Shown one piece after another: positions 22,995 to 36,219 of a stretch of 64,000 nucleotides of DNA. Positions within the stretch are counted from its first letter, which is position 1. Each line of letters begins with the position of its first letter. The position numbers and the translations under genes were made by a program. The DNA is from Carpediemonas membranifera BICM (taxonomy: Eukaryota > Protista > Fornicata). The notes beneath the pieces were generated by a model, which was given only the letters and a program-made list of their open reading frames with translations, was not told the DNA's origin and searched no databases. The stretch is from positions 124,001-188,000 of the forward strand of contig JAHDYR010000014.1 in NCBI GenBank assembly GCA_019828565.1, written 5' to 3'.

Positions 22995-25900
22995 ACAAGG
23001 CTGAGATTTGACTGTCAGCGGGCTGTGCGGAAGATGCTTTTCTTCAGGAACGCTCCATACGACAAAAGAGCCAAGGAAGGCTGAACAGGCCTTGACGGCA
23101 ATCTGATGATTTCCTCGAAATCAAATGATTACTCGGCTCAAAAGCCTGGCCACGGTACCAGGCCAAGCCGGTGGCTTGCAGAGTGCCGGGGTGTGCCTCA
23201 GAACGCATCCAGGGGCGATAAATTGAAGATTTGATTTTGATTGAGCTCGATCACAGAGGCGTTCGATTGCGATTCTCACGTGATGGCCACCGAAGCAGAC
23301 AGAAGCGATCCATAGGCAGTTTGTTCAACAATGGAGGACAATAGACCCAAGTGCGCACAGCTCTTTGATACAATGGAATACGGCCCAGTATTCGAAAACG
23401 ACGCCATGGCGAAGGAATACCTTGATCGCCACAACCACCGCTTCGGTATGTTCATCAACAACGAGTGGGTGTTCCCCGAGGACGAGGAAGCCATGACTCC
23501 CATCATCGCCCCCAGCACCGGCGAGATCCTCTACCACGTCGCCGACGCTGGCGTCGAGGGTGTCGACAAGGCTGTCGCCGCCGCTGAGGCCGCCCGTGCC
23601 GACTGGGCCGCCACCTCTCCCCACGACCGCGCCAAGTACATCTACGCCATCGCCCGCCAGATCCAGAAGCACAGCGGCCTGCTCGCCGTCCTCGAGGCTC
23701 TTGACAACGGCAAGTCCATCCGCGAGGCCCGCGATATCGACATGGCCCTCTGTGTCCGCCACTTCTACCACCACGCCGGCTGGGCCCAGCTCTCGGACAA
23801 GATCCTCCCCGGCTACGGCCCCCTCCGCGGCCCCGTCGCCGCCATCACCCCCCTCAACTTCCCCCTCCTCATGATGGCCTGGAAGGTCGCCCCCGCTCTC
23901 GCTATGGGCAACACCGTTGTCGTCAAGCCCGCCCCCCTCACGCCCCTGACCGCCCTCGCCTTCTGCGAGATCTGCGCCCAGGTTGGCCTCCCCAAGGGTG
24001 TCATCAACATGGTCTGCGGTGGCCGTGCCATGGCTGAGCGCCTCACCTCCCACCCCGACGTCGCAAAGGTCGACTTCTGCGGCTCGACCCTCGTCGGCCA
24101 GTCCATCCGCAAGGCGACCGCCGGCACTGGCAAGGGCATCACCCTCCAGATGTCTGGCAAGTCCCCCAACATCATCTTCGAGGACGCCGACCTTGACGGC
24201 GCTATCGAGGCATCATGGACGCCATCTTCCGTAACCAGGGCCAGATCTGCTCCGCCGGCTCCCGACTCCTCGTGCAGGAGTCTATCGCCGAGAAGTTCTT
24301 CGCCAAGATCCGCCGCCGCATGAGCACTATCCGCATCTCGACCTCCCTCGACAAGAGCATCGACATGTCCGCCGTCCTTGCCGGCACTGCCCGTATCCAG
24401 CGCCTCGTCGACACGGCCCGCGCTGAGGGCGCCGATGTCTGGCAGCCCGATATCGAGATCCCCGAGACCGGTGACTTCTGGGTGCCCACCCTCATCACCA
24501 ACGTCGGCCCCACCTCGACTGTCGTCCAGAACGAGATCTTCGGCCCTGTCGTCGCCGCGATGACCTTCCGTGACGCCAAGGACGCCGTTGAGCTCGCCAA
24601 CAACCAGCGCTACGGCCTCGGCTCTGGCGTTTGGTCCGAGAACATCTCTCTCGCCCTCGACGTCGCCCACCAGATCCGCGCCGGTATGGTCTGGGTCAAC
24701 TGCTACAACATGTTCGACGCCACTGGCCCCTTCGGCGGCCGCAAGGAGACTGGCTACGGCCGTCAGGGTGGCCAGGAGGGCCTCATGAACTACGTCAAGC
24801 CCAAGTGGATGCCCTTCGACAAGCACGACTGGACTGAGCGTCTCAGCGACTTCGCCGCTGCCCTCGAGAAGTGGTCGACCCGCCAGTTCGGCATCATCGA
24901 CGAGAACGACGTGCCCTTCGGCAACCCCGCTCTCGTTGTCGACAAGACCCCCAAGCTCTACATCGCCGGCAAGCAGGTCGCCGCCTCGAGCAACTACGTC
25001 TATCAGTGCAGAACCCCCACTGGTGAGGTCATCGGCCAGATCGCCGAGTCCACCTCCGGCGACGTCGCCAAGGCTATCGACGCTGCCCACAAGGCTGCTC
25101 CCGGCTGGGCCAAGACCGCGCCCCACATGCGCGGCCAGCTTCTCTTCGACATGGCCGAGAACCTGTCCTACCGCGTCGAGGAGTTCGCCAAGCGCATCCA
25201 CATCATGACCGGCCGCACGATGGAGTCCTGCACCGCCGAGGTCGAGAAGGCTATTGAGCGCCTCTTCACGTACGCCTCCTGGGCGGACAAGTGGGGTGGC
25301 CGCGTGCAGGAGGTGCCCGTATACGGCCTCACCGTGACCGTCAACGACCCCATCGGTGTCATCGGCATCGTCTGCCCCGAGGAGTACCCTCTGCTCGGCT
25401 TTGTCTCCAGCTTTGCCCCCGCTGTCGCCCGCGGTAACGCTGTCGTTGTTGTGCCCTCCGAGGCCCACCCCCTCAGCGCGACCGACATGTTCCAGACCTT
25501 CGACACCACTAGCGTCCCCGCTGGCGTGATCAACGTCGTCACCGGCGGCCAGGCCCAGGCCTCCCGCGTCATCGCTGCCCACGAGGACCTTACGATGATC
25601 TGGCACTTCGGCGACGCCGAGTCCGCCTTCTTCGTCGAGTACCTCGCCCATGACAACTGCAAGCGCACCTGGTGCGCCCACGGCATCCAGCGCGACTGGA
25701 TGGACAACGAGCAGGGCGAGGGCCTCGAGTTCCTCCACGAGTCGGTTGAGTACAAGACCATCTGGATGCCCGCTGGCATCTAAGGCACGGATCGTTTATA
25801 CATAAAGTTTAGGTTATCATTCAGCATCATGGTGTCGTGGCTACCAACTGAGCTAAGGAGACAGCTGTTCGACAGCGGGCCTTGAAGTGAATCAAGAATG

Positions 25901-26044
25901 ATTGAGCCATCACAACGTCGGCTGACACCAACGTCAGCGCAGTGTTGGTCTACAGCCCCTGGACGGGGCCCGAGGGCAAGGGTGACGCCGATAACTTTTT
26001 TTCACACAGCTCTTGAGAATTTGCTGCACAACAACGCTTGAGAT
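22995..26044 (+). repeat. Right arm of the inverted duplication
   Basis: Includes a copy of the DHHC 3' end, the ALDH promoter, the CDS and the 3' flank. Confidence 0.9.
23331..25783 (+). CDS. ALDH16-type two-domain aldehyde dehydrogenase, copy 2
   Basis: Same protein as copy 1 (about 817 aa when corrected). One 1-bp G loss near 24210 relative to copy 1. Confidence 0.9.
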
Positions 26045-26348
26045 CATATGTATGGTCTGAGAGCACAGCAGGGGCACTGATCGCGTAGCCATCAGTGGGA
26101 AAACAGCTGTCGTTGCACAACGACATTCTGGGCATACGTAGGTCTGCGGCCCCTTCGGTGGTGGGCACCGAACGCCCGGTCAGTAAGGGCTCTGGTTGAA
26201 TATGGTAAGAGGTTGGGCAGTAATCAGTTGGTGAATCGATCCCGCATGTTTGAAGAAAATGGCCGAGGACAAGCCGGCCACCGCCGCCGAGGTGAGGAAG
26301 CTGAAGGAAGAACTGCAGGAAACGAAGAGAATGCTCCAGCTCATGAAG

Positions 26349-26515
26349 TGTCACGGTAGTTTAGACCATTTTTACCTTTAGACGGTTTACCTATAAACAG
26401 TTCGCTTCACAGTATTAATACTAGTCATTGCGATGTCCCTGACGTTTGAAACTCCGTCAATCGATACCGAAACAGCTACCTTTGAGTCCCTCCAAGACTT
26501 CAAGGCCAAAGCCAC
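26349..26515 (+). mobile_element. E2: 5' remnant of an LTR retrotransposon (63-bp LTR 26349-26411 plus gag start)
   Basis: TG...CA segment sharing LTR motifs (AGTTTAGACCATTT, CCTATAAA), palindrome AGTATTAATACT, ATG at 26433, cut by the E3 LTR. The partner LTR is not seen. Confidence 0.65.
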
Positions 26516-28221
26516 TGTGCCTCGCTAATGCGGAGAAAGCTTTTATAGGGAAAGAAGAAGAGAAAACCCTTGTGCCAATAAATGGCTTAAACTGTATAAA
26601 TGATTAGTGTGGTCTATGACCACCACACTGCCCCTCCATGCCTGGGTAATAGGCATGACACTCAACGAGTTACGGGGGTTAGGTTGGCCTAGGGTCATCC
26701 GTGTTATAGTTTGGTGCCACCCAAGCTATGCAACGGTCTACTCCATTGGCAGTGGAGTGGGCAACGCCCGACCCGCGGTCTTCCGATACGGAATTATGGT
26801 ATCACCAACGGTGACATGGGAATAAAACCCGACAGCTGTATATGATAACGTGGATCCACTGTGTAAGCAATTGCTATGTTACGTGTTAAGATGGTCTTAC
26901 CAGGGCTTCGCCGCCCTCATGAACCGCATATAGGGTCCGAACTTACCGACGTCAATGACAGTCAAACGGACGGCTAGGGTTCGCCCGTATTCATAGAGGC
27001 TTATCCCTGCCCCTCCACGGCCTCATATGGCCGTGTCTCGAAAAATATTACGTGTTACGCATGCTTCTAAGTAATTCGAGGGTTGATCTCGGCGTCTAGA
27101 AGAATAAGAAGAAGTACTGTACCATTTGCGCTGAAACTTACGCAGACGCCGAAAAAGGCATTAAGAGGCTCCAAAAGGCCTTCGTTGGCGAGTTTTGGGC
27201 CTTTCATTTTTCCTGGCGCGCTCGTACTTCATTAACAACATCAATCGGCTTCCGATGGAGCTAATAGGCTACAGCGCTTAGTAAATAGATGAATTAGCTT
27301 GATTTGGCGTCCTATTACTGCTCTAGGTTTCGTCCTGAAACCGATTGTTCCAAAAGTGCAGAATATGTCGCCGTCAACTCAGTTGATGTCGGACAACGCC
27401 GCCGTAGAAGCAATTCTGGATACTATTCGCGCTAAAATCGCCGAAATTGGTGACGAGGAACTCACTAAGCCTCTTGTTTCCGCTCATTCCGCCGTCTGTC
27501 GTTCTCTTCGTGCTCAGACCCGTACGCAACGCAAGCGTTTGGCCACCGGGAACTTGTAAGTAACCAATATCAACAGAATACTCATTCAGACACCGTGTGC
27601 AGGCCGCGGAGCGGATCACTCGCCCGACAACCGTGTAGCGATGAGAGGAGAGAGAGGATTTATAGGGTTTGACCCGGGACACAAAATTGGATAAAACTAA
27701 TCGACCCGAAGGTCTACACTACCCCCATGATGTTGGTAGGCATCATCTGCGTCTGGATAGTCAGAACTTTGATCCAACCCTTAAAGTGCACGACTCTAAG
27801 TTCGAGTCATCGCTGAACGAACGTATGAAGAGATGAAGTTGGCGAAAAACTGAAAGTGGGCTCAGTTCGTTGGCCGCCCTGGGGGAATGCGTTGGCGTAG
27901 TACCGGCTATGATCAACGTGCGTGGGCGGAGTTCTCGTCGGAACGAAAAGTTGCCGTCAGCAACTTGATGTCGCCGATCACGCTGGAACTTGTGGAATAG
28001 GCATCATATCTATAAAGGAGATCAATCCTTGTGTATCTGCCTATATGCAGCAACGGGGCGGTTGTATCAACCAAAAGTTGGTGGGATAAAGGAAAGCTCA
28101 GCGTGATGAGAATGATACGGTAAGTCTGTGAAGATTCTGCCGTAACTCTGAAGATAACTGGCTTGTCGGCGTGGAATGAAGCAGTTTGGGAGAAATGCCT
28201 CTCGAGGCCTTTGTGTGCAGC

Positions 28222-30506
28222 TTAGTGCCGAGGGCGCTGCGACTTGCTCCGCCCCCATGCCCGGCGGGCACGCGCTAGGAGGGGTATGACCTCTGGATGT
28301 GACCCGACATAACGGTCGAGGGCTTCAAGCTGATCTAGCTCTCGGGAGAAGGGCTCATCTGTGGACTCTTCCGGCTCGTAGTTGAGCCATTTGATGGTGA
28401 GAAACAGACGATTATCGTTGTCTAAGTGATGGTCAACGATGGCTTCAACTAGGTATTCGCCGGTCTGCCGCGTGGCGTACTCCGTGACTTCATCTCGTGT
28501 GAGCTTGGTGTAGAATGGCGTCAGGCGGTCCGCGTGGACGGTGAAGGTGGCTAGGGACACCAAGTCTTGTAGTTCATACGTATTACGGATAGTTCCCGCC
28601 CCCACAACCAGCAATGGGCCTCTCACACGGCGATCGAGCTTGGAAGGCTTGCTGGTTGGCCATAAGAGGACATAGTCGTCGGCTTGGAAGCTCTGACCAC
28701 TCTTCGGACGTCTTTCTTGCTGGGCTACGAGCATTTCCTCCTGTATTTGCGCCCAATTGTTGATGTCGGCGCGGAATTGTTCAATCTGCGCGGCAATGTG
28801 CGGCTCACTAGCGAGCGTTGTAGGATCCACCGGTGTGAAGTTCGCGTTAAACAAAAGCTTCAGTGGGGACAATTTGCTGCGAGTGTTGGGTGTCGCGTTG
28901 AGGATATAGGTGACGGCCGGGATTAGGCTGGGCCACTCCGTCTTGTCTTGCCGGTTGTCGAAAAGCAGTGACCTCATATACTTAATGATCTCCGCGTTCT
29001 GGCGTTCCACTATGCCGTTGGCGGCTGGGTGGTAGGGCGGGGAGAAGCGGTGGGATAAGTCGAGACGTTCGTGGAGCTCGGCGATGGCCTGGGCTGTGAA
29101 TTGAGTGGCGTTATCGGACTGTATCTCCTTAGGTCTGCCGAAATTGGCGGACCAATCGCGGATGGCAGCGGCAGCGGCGCTCGCCGAGCAAGTCACTGTG
29201 GGGTAAAGCTTAGTATACTTGCTGAAAGTGTCCACAAGGACTAGGAGATATCTCTCGCCGGTGTCGGCAACAGGGAGAGGGCCGAGCGTGTCTATCTGAA
29301 TCCGCTCGAATGGAGCACTGGCGGCGGTGCGTCCCATGGATGTCTGTGCGGGCTTCGTAGGCCTTGTCAGCTGGCAGGTAGGGCAGGTGGAGATGACACG
29401 TCGAGTGTCGGCTACCATGCCTTTCCAAGTGTGGCCTGCCTCTCGGAGGTGCTCTACAACGGCCCTATATCCGACATGGCCTCCACGTCGGCCGTGGAAA
29501 TGCATAATTAGCTCCTCCCGTTCGGAGGGAAGTAGCGTGACAGATAGAAGGCGACTAAGTGCGTCGGCGGCGCCGTTGTCGGCGCAGGCCACATGCACAA
29601 TGTCGAAGTCGTATGTCTGAAGCTGCAGGCGCCACCTCTGGACCTTGGGTGCTGTGGCGGTGGCCATAAAGACCAGATTACGGTGGTCGGTATGCAGTGT
29701 GAAGTGGCGACCCCTGAGAAAGTGTTGTGCCTGAGCAATCGCTGATATAATAGCGAAACCTTCTTGTTCATAGGTAGACCACCTACGTTGGACGGGGGTC
29801 AGAGTCTTGGAAAAATAGGAGACGACTTTCATCTCCGAGCCGGTCCCGGTAGTGAGCACCGCACCTATGCCTATGTCGCTGGCATCAGTAAACAGGTGAA
29901 GGGGCTGGTTTGGTTTCGGGTGGGCCAGGACCATGTTATCCAGGAGGGTCTCCTTGATCCGCTCGAGGGCTTGCTGTTGGGGGGCCTCCCAGCGCCACGC
30001 GACGCCGGATCGCGTTAGTGCTAGGATCGGCTCAGCTGTCACAGCGAAGCTCGGTATCATCGGGCGGAAATAGTTGACGAGACCTAAGAGGCTGCGTACC
30101 TCAGAGATGTTTGAGGGGGCCTTGAGCGTGCGGATGGGTTCGAGACGATCGGTCGAGATGGATTTCCCTTCCGCGGAGACATGCCATCCGAGATAGTCGA
30201 TGCTTCGGGCTGCGAGGATGGTCTTCTTGGCGTTGATCCGAAGGTTGGCGGCGTCGAGCCGTTCTAACACATCCCTCAGATTGCTGATGAACTCATCTTG
30301 GTCGTTACCGAAGACAACGATGTCATCAATGTAGACCAGCGCTCTTATGTAGAGAGCGGGACCCAGGGCTTCCTCTAGGCATCTCTGGCAATGTATTGCG
30401 GCGTTCCGGAGGCCGAAAGGCATCCGTAAGTACTCGTATTTCTTCCCGGCAGCAACAAATGCAGTAATGGTTCTTGCTGTATCAGTGAGTGGGATTTGAA
30501 GGAAGG
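28222..30506 (-). CDS. E4 Pol 3' part (RT, RNase H, integrase, chromodomain)
   Basis: YIDD, TDASD, TDHRNL, DDE integrase, YLVEAIVDH...IKWLNY. Joins 34533-36219 in frame (DLSK-A-FLQIPL) once E5 is removed, giving a single 1323-aa ORF. Confidence 0.9.
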
Positions 30507-30510
30507 CCTT

Positions 30511-33500
30511 TGTGATCTTGTCGAGGTTAAAGGTTTCAAAACAAACTGTTTATAGGGTTCGCACGTGTAGTTGGTACCCTAAACTGCTCACACTTCCCCT
30601 CTAAAGGTGCAGCTCCGGGTGAGCCTCGGCATAAATGTCGAGGGCTTCGAGGTCGCGGACCTCGTGGTACGGGAGCCACTCATCGGCGCCTGGGTAGCCA
30701 TCCCAGGCGACGAGGAATTCGAGGGTAGACTTCGTGGGGCCACCACGGTGGCGGGTGATGGCCTCGACTTCGTAGGTGTCGTCGTCAAGGGAGGCGACGG
30801 TGATGTCGTCGAAGGCCAGGGAGTCGTCGTACTCCACGAGCCGGGAACCGTGATACTGGAAGGTGGCGCCGGCAGTGGGGTTGTGTACGGTGTAGATGTC
30901 GTGCTCGCGGTCAGTGATCGTGTATGGGCCAACGAGCTTAGTAGACAGCTTGGTGGGGCGCTTCGAAGGGCGCGTGACAAGCACCTTCGAGCCAATAGGA
31001 AGGGGCTCGTCGCCGAAAGCCGGACGTTTCGAGAGGACGTTCTCTTGGTGCTGGCGTGCTGTCTCAATGAGCTTGGGCTGGGCCTGGAGAACACGGCTAA
31101 AGAAGCGGCCGTATTCACTCTTCTCCTCCTCAACGTGGGCGTCGGACGACAGGAAGGGGGTGACGTTCTGTGAAGCGAACATGAGCTGTGCGGGGGCAAT
31201 GCCCGTGGTGGCACATATCGTGGTGTTCATGATCCGCTGGACGACTGGGAGGTAAAGGGACCAGTTGTTAACGTCGCGCAGCTCCTGAGTGATGGTACGT
31301 AGGTGTCGTGAGAGCTCGGCGTTAGCTCTTTCGACGAGCCCGTTGGCTCTGGGGTGGTATGGAAGAGAGACAACGTGTTGGGCGCCGAAGAGCTTAATGA
31401 GCTGTTGGAAAGCGGTGGCAAGGTACTGAGAACCGCGATCACTTCGGAAAGAAGACGGAGTACCGTAGCGTCCCGTGACGGAGATAAGAGCGCGAAGGGC
31501 CTCTGCAGAAGAAGCATCCTTGCATGGGACCAGCTCTACGAAGCGTGTGAAGGTGTCAATGAAGGTGATAACGTAGCGGCATCCGTTGGAGTCTGCAGGA
31601 TAAGGCCCGACCGTATCAAACGCCCAGCAGGAGCGTGGGGTGACGCCCATGGTAGGGCGGAGGCCTGTCTGAAGGCACTTGGGAAGTCTGGCGTTCTTCT
31701 GACATATCGGGCAAGCCTTGATATACTCGGCGACAGCGTTGCTCATTCCACGGAAGTCAAGGTTTCGTTCCTTAAGGAGGCGGAGTGTAGCCTCTCGGCC
31801 GAGGTGTCCCTCGACGGCATTGTGGACAGAGGCTATGATAAGTCGCTGGAGTGTAGGGGCATTCTCGGGGGGTTGGACGATGAAGCACCTGGATATGCCA
31901 TCAGTGAGGGTGTTGGAGACGCCAGAGATGTGTTCAACGACAAAGTCGAACTCTTGGAGTCTGAGGTTCCAGCGGACGACCTTGGGTGTGGTAGAACGGC
32001 GCATATAAACTAGGTTACGGTGGTCTGTCTGTATAGCGAACGAGTGGCCGAGGAGATAGGGGAGTACTTCTCGACAACCGCGAAGAAGATGCCGAAGGCT
32101 TCCTTTTCGATGACAGCCCAGTTGCGCTCTGCGGTGGTGAATGCGTGGCTACAGTAGGAGACTACGTGTTCAACGCCATCCTTGACGTTGAGGAGCACGC
32201 CTCCACAGCCAATGTCGCTAGCATCGGTGCGAACGATAATTGGGGCAGAGTAGTCCAGGAAGGCTAAACACGGCGTGTGGGCGGCGAGGTTCTTGCTCTC
32301 TTCGAAAGCAGTCTGGGCCTCCTTTGTCCATTTCCACCGGACCTTCCCAGAGGTGAGGGCGTATAGTGGCTGTAGGATCGAGCTGAGGTTGGGGATGAAC
32401 CTACGGAAATAATTCATCGCTCCACAGAAGGCCCGCGTGGTCTTGATGTCCTTAGGAGGAGCCATGGCCTGAACGGCCTTGACCCGGGCGGGGGACATGC
32501 GGATTCCCTCGGGGGAGATGATATGGCCGAGGTATTCCACCTGCTCAGCGTACAGACAGCACTTGCTGGGATGAAGGACGAAGCGATGTTCCTTGAGAAC
32601 GGCAAGGATCTCAGCTAGGCGTGTAGCTAGTTCGTCCGTGGTTGATGCGTGAATGATGATGTCGTCTATGAAGACCTCGCACGTAGTTCCGACAAACTTG
32701 GAGAGCAATTGGGTCATGATGGCCTGGAAGGTAGCAGGAGCCGTTTTGACGCCAAATGGAACGCGCGTATACTCATAAAGGCCGGTTGGAGTTGAAAACG
32801 CGGTTATCGGAATGGAACTTTCGGACAGTGGGATCTGGTGGTATCCACTAACGAGATCTAACGTCGCAAAGCAACGTTGGCCTGCGAGATGCGACATCAG
32901 CTCTTCTTGGTGTACAAGTGGGAAACTGACTTGCTTGATGCGATCATTCGCCTGACGGTAGTCCACGACGAGGCGGCGGGCACCGCCCTTTTTGGGGACA
33001 GTAAAGACGGGTGCAGCCCAGGGAGAGCGTGAGGGGCGGACGATTCCTTGAGCAAGGAGCTCGTTCACCTGGTCATCAACCTCCTGCTGGATTGCAGGGG
33101 ATAGACGACGCGGCGGTTGAGCAGCCGGTGTGGCGCCCTCAAGCAGCTCTATCTCCATAGGGGGAACGTCTGCTCCGTCTGGGTGGGGACGGCTGGTGAA
33201 GACTTCGGCATACTCATCATAGACGGCTCTGATGGCTGGCGGGAGGGCAGACGCGGTTGAACCTACGTCAGGGAGCTGCTCTCCTTCATCTAGGCGAGTG
33301 ACGGGTGCGTGATCCTCATCGATCGTCTCCTCATCGGCCGTTGGGGCCAAGGAGAGGGAGAGATCTTGGATAGTGGAGTTTGAGAGGATCAGATCCTCCG
33401 ACATAGAGGGGAGGATGTAGAATGGCCGAATGGAGCGAACGCCATCAATGAGCATGGCAAGGAACACAGCTCTCTTGATGAAAACTGGACCGTTCGCGGT

Positions 33501-34532
33501 ATCCAAACGAACGTTAGCGACGGCTGGAAGAGCGCCACGTTGGATAAATGATTCGGCTATCGTGGGGGAGATGAGGTCAATAGTTGCACCAGTATCAAGT
33601 ACTGCACAGACCTCTGTGGCAGTACTCTCGTTGATGGGAACATAGAGAGTGGCTTGGCGACAGATGAGGCCGTCGTGATCAGTGGCGGCCAGATTCGCCT
33701 TTTCGCGCTTGACTGGCGGACCCTGGATGGGAGTCTTGCGCACGCCAGAGCGGAAGAAATCTCTGTGTCCTTGATAGGGACAGTTGGGGCGGATGTGGCC
33801 CGTATGGCCACAGCCGTGGCAGGGGCAGACGATCGTTGGGGTAGTCTAGCCCCAGCGGCGGCGCCGGGAGTCGGGCGCTTACCAGCTGGCTGGGCCGGTT
33901 CCGGCTGCAGGAGCGACTGGAGGTTAAGGAGTTCCTCCAGTTCATCAATGGCGTGGTCCTGCGCCTCTGCGACGTCATCTGGCTGCTCCATGCGGATACG
34001 CTCCGCAAGAGGATCTGGAAGTGCCTGCAGGTATGCCTTCACCATTAGCTTCTCTGGTGGTGTGACGTCGGCTGTGAACGAGCTCCGGATAGTTTCGAAG
34101 CGTTCGATATGGTTGAGAAGCTGTGCAGGCGTTGATAAGGGGCCCGTTCGGGCGCACCGCAGCGACTTCAGCTTGGCTAGTGCTTGAACGTTACTGCGGG
34201 GGCTATAGAATGTTTGGTAGACTGTGTCCAAGACAGTATCCGCCGGAAGATCGGCCGGATTGTCGTTGAGACGGCGTGTGATGAGAAGAAGAGGCGTAGG
34301 ATCCATCAGGGCAGTCGGATGGAGAAGAGGATCGTCAAGGCGTTGAGCTCGGTACGCACGGTAGGACGATCGGAACTTGGTGAACGCCTGTTCTTCTAGT
34401 GTTAGTAAGAAAGGTCTTGGTATGTAGTCGGACATTAGATGAGTGTACACTGTGATCTTGTCGAGGTTAAAGGTTTCAAAACAAACTGTTTATAGGGTTC
34501 GCACGTGTAGTTGGTACCCTAAACTGCTCACA
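30511..34532 (-). mobile_element. E5: compact 4.0-kb Ty3/Gypsy chromodomain element inserted in the E4 RT
   Basis: Identical 82-bp LTRs (30511-30592, 34451-34532), 4-bp TSD CCTT, PPT GAGGGGAAG overlapping the stop codon. Confidence 0.95.
30601..34435 (-). CDS. E5 Gag-Pol (frameshifts near 33845 and 32060)
   Basis: Gag, protease LDTGA, RT FIDD, RNase H TDASD, integrase, chromodomain YEVEAITRH...FLVAWDGY. Confidence 0.85.
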
Positions 34533-36219
34533 CCTTGGACAAGTCTATTGCAGCGAAAAACTGCTTTCCTTCCAGGGTTCCCACGAGGTCATCAATGATA
34601 GGCAGGGGGTGCTCGTCAGGTCGGGTAATCTCGTTGACCCGGCGGAAGTCAAGGCACAGTCTTATTGTCCCGTCACGCTTGGTGACGGCAACGATTGGGG
34701 AGTTGAACTGCGACTCTGAGGGTTGAATGATTCCAGTTGCCTCCTGCTCCTCAGTCTGCCGGCGAATTTCTTCGAGGACAGCGGCTGAGTAGCGGTATGG
34801 TGGGCAGTTGGTGGTCATTCCTTCCTCGAGGACAATGTCGAAGGGTGTGACCTTGGCTGGCGTGGCTGTCAGACCGCCGAACAGCTCAGGAAAGCGCCTT
34901 TGAAGGGCCTCGACTTCTGAAGCTAGCTCGGGCACCAGGCACTGGGGCTCCTGGTTATCGTCGGTCTCTATGACGTTGAGGTCCACGTCCACCTCGCTGT
35001 CAGTGTCAGAAACGTCTGGTTCGCCCATATCAAAGCGAACGACGCCTAGCTCGTTAAGAAGTGGATAGCCAAGTACAAGTGGATGGGATAGCTGATCCAA
35101 AACTAGGAGGGGGGCCAACGCCGTGAGTTGGCGCCCCGATGTCTTACAAACTCCAAGGTCGAGCTCCAGTATGGCTTCCTGAGCGGCTTTCATTATTTGG
35201 CCACTGCCAAACTGGACCTTGCGAGTCGTGGGCCGTACCGAGATTGGTTTGAGCTGCTCCAGGAGCTCGCGGCTAATAAAATTCGCTGTGGCGCCTGTGT
35301 CAAATAGCGCGCGGACACAGGGCATCCCTGGGGTCGACACCGAGAATACGGCCTGCGGTGTCACTCTCTCTGGACCAGGCAAGGGATCTATCGTCAACAG
35401 CTCAAAATAGGATGCCCGTTTATTACGGGGCTTCTTGTCACGCTTAGCGAAACAGTGGTCTATGTCATGGCCGACCTTGCCGCAGAAGGAACACGTAGGG
35501 CGCGGAGCCGCGGAGTGGGCGTTGGGGCCCGGGCGTTCAGCGGCGCGTAGGCGGTCCCCCTCGCGGGTGACCTGTTCCACGTGCCGAGCCTGCTCTATGG
35601 CGGCGCGGAAAGTGGCGTCTAGGTCCCGGCGATCCTGGTAGGTTAAGACGCGATCGCGGAGGCGCTCCGGCTGGATGTGCTGCACGAAACAGCGGACGAG
35701 TTGCTTGATTGAAGGGCGAACATCGCCGCAGTTCTCAAGCTGCGTCTGATATGCATGGACGTAACGGAGAACGTTGTCCTGAAGGGGACCACGAGAGTGG
35801 CAGGTAATCCGCTCGAAGCGGTCAAGGGCTTCTCTGCGGTCGATGGGCTGGAAGAGAACGTTGATGCGGCGTAGGATGCGCGAGGATTCGGCGTCCTCGG
35901 GGAAAACGGGAAGAGGATCAGGAATAGGTGCTTCGTCCTCGGTGTCATCATCCGTGGCGTCTTCGAAGTCTTCGTCGCTCTCATCGTCCTCCTCAGCAAC
36001 AAGGGCGTTGCGAGCGGGATCAGGAAGGGATTCTTTGAGAGCGGGGTCACGGAGAGCGAAGATTTGCCATACCGTACGGCCAATCAAGTGCTTAATAGGA
36101 ATAGCACCGCCTTTGGCACGGTACGCGTAATAGTTCTCGCGGAATTCCTCCCACTCTTTCTGAGTAGTCTTGGTGAGGAAGGGGGCCATAAACAGGTCAA
36201 TTGACTGGAGCTGATTCAT
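34533..36219 (-). CDS. E4 Gag, protease and RT N-terminus
   Basis: CSFCGKVGHDIDHC knuckle, FDTGA protease, RLCLDFR. Confidence 0.9.

Noticed and set aside
19440-24215. ALDH copies as pseudogenes or programmed frameshifts
   Set aside because: Each break is a 1-bp loss in a C or G run at a site intact in the other copy. The same pattern occurs at about 56135 and 56675, which fits long-read error. The E1 and E5 frameshifts may be errors too.
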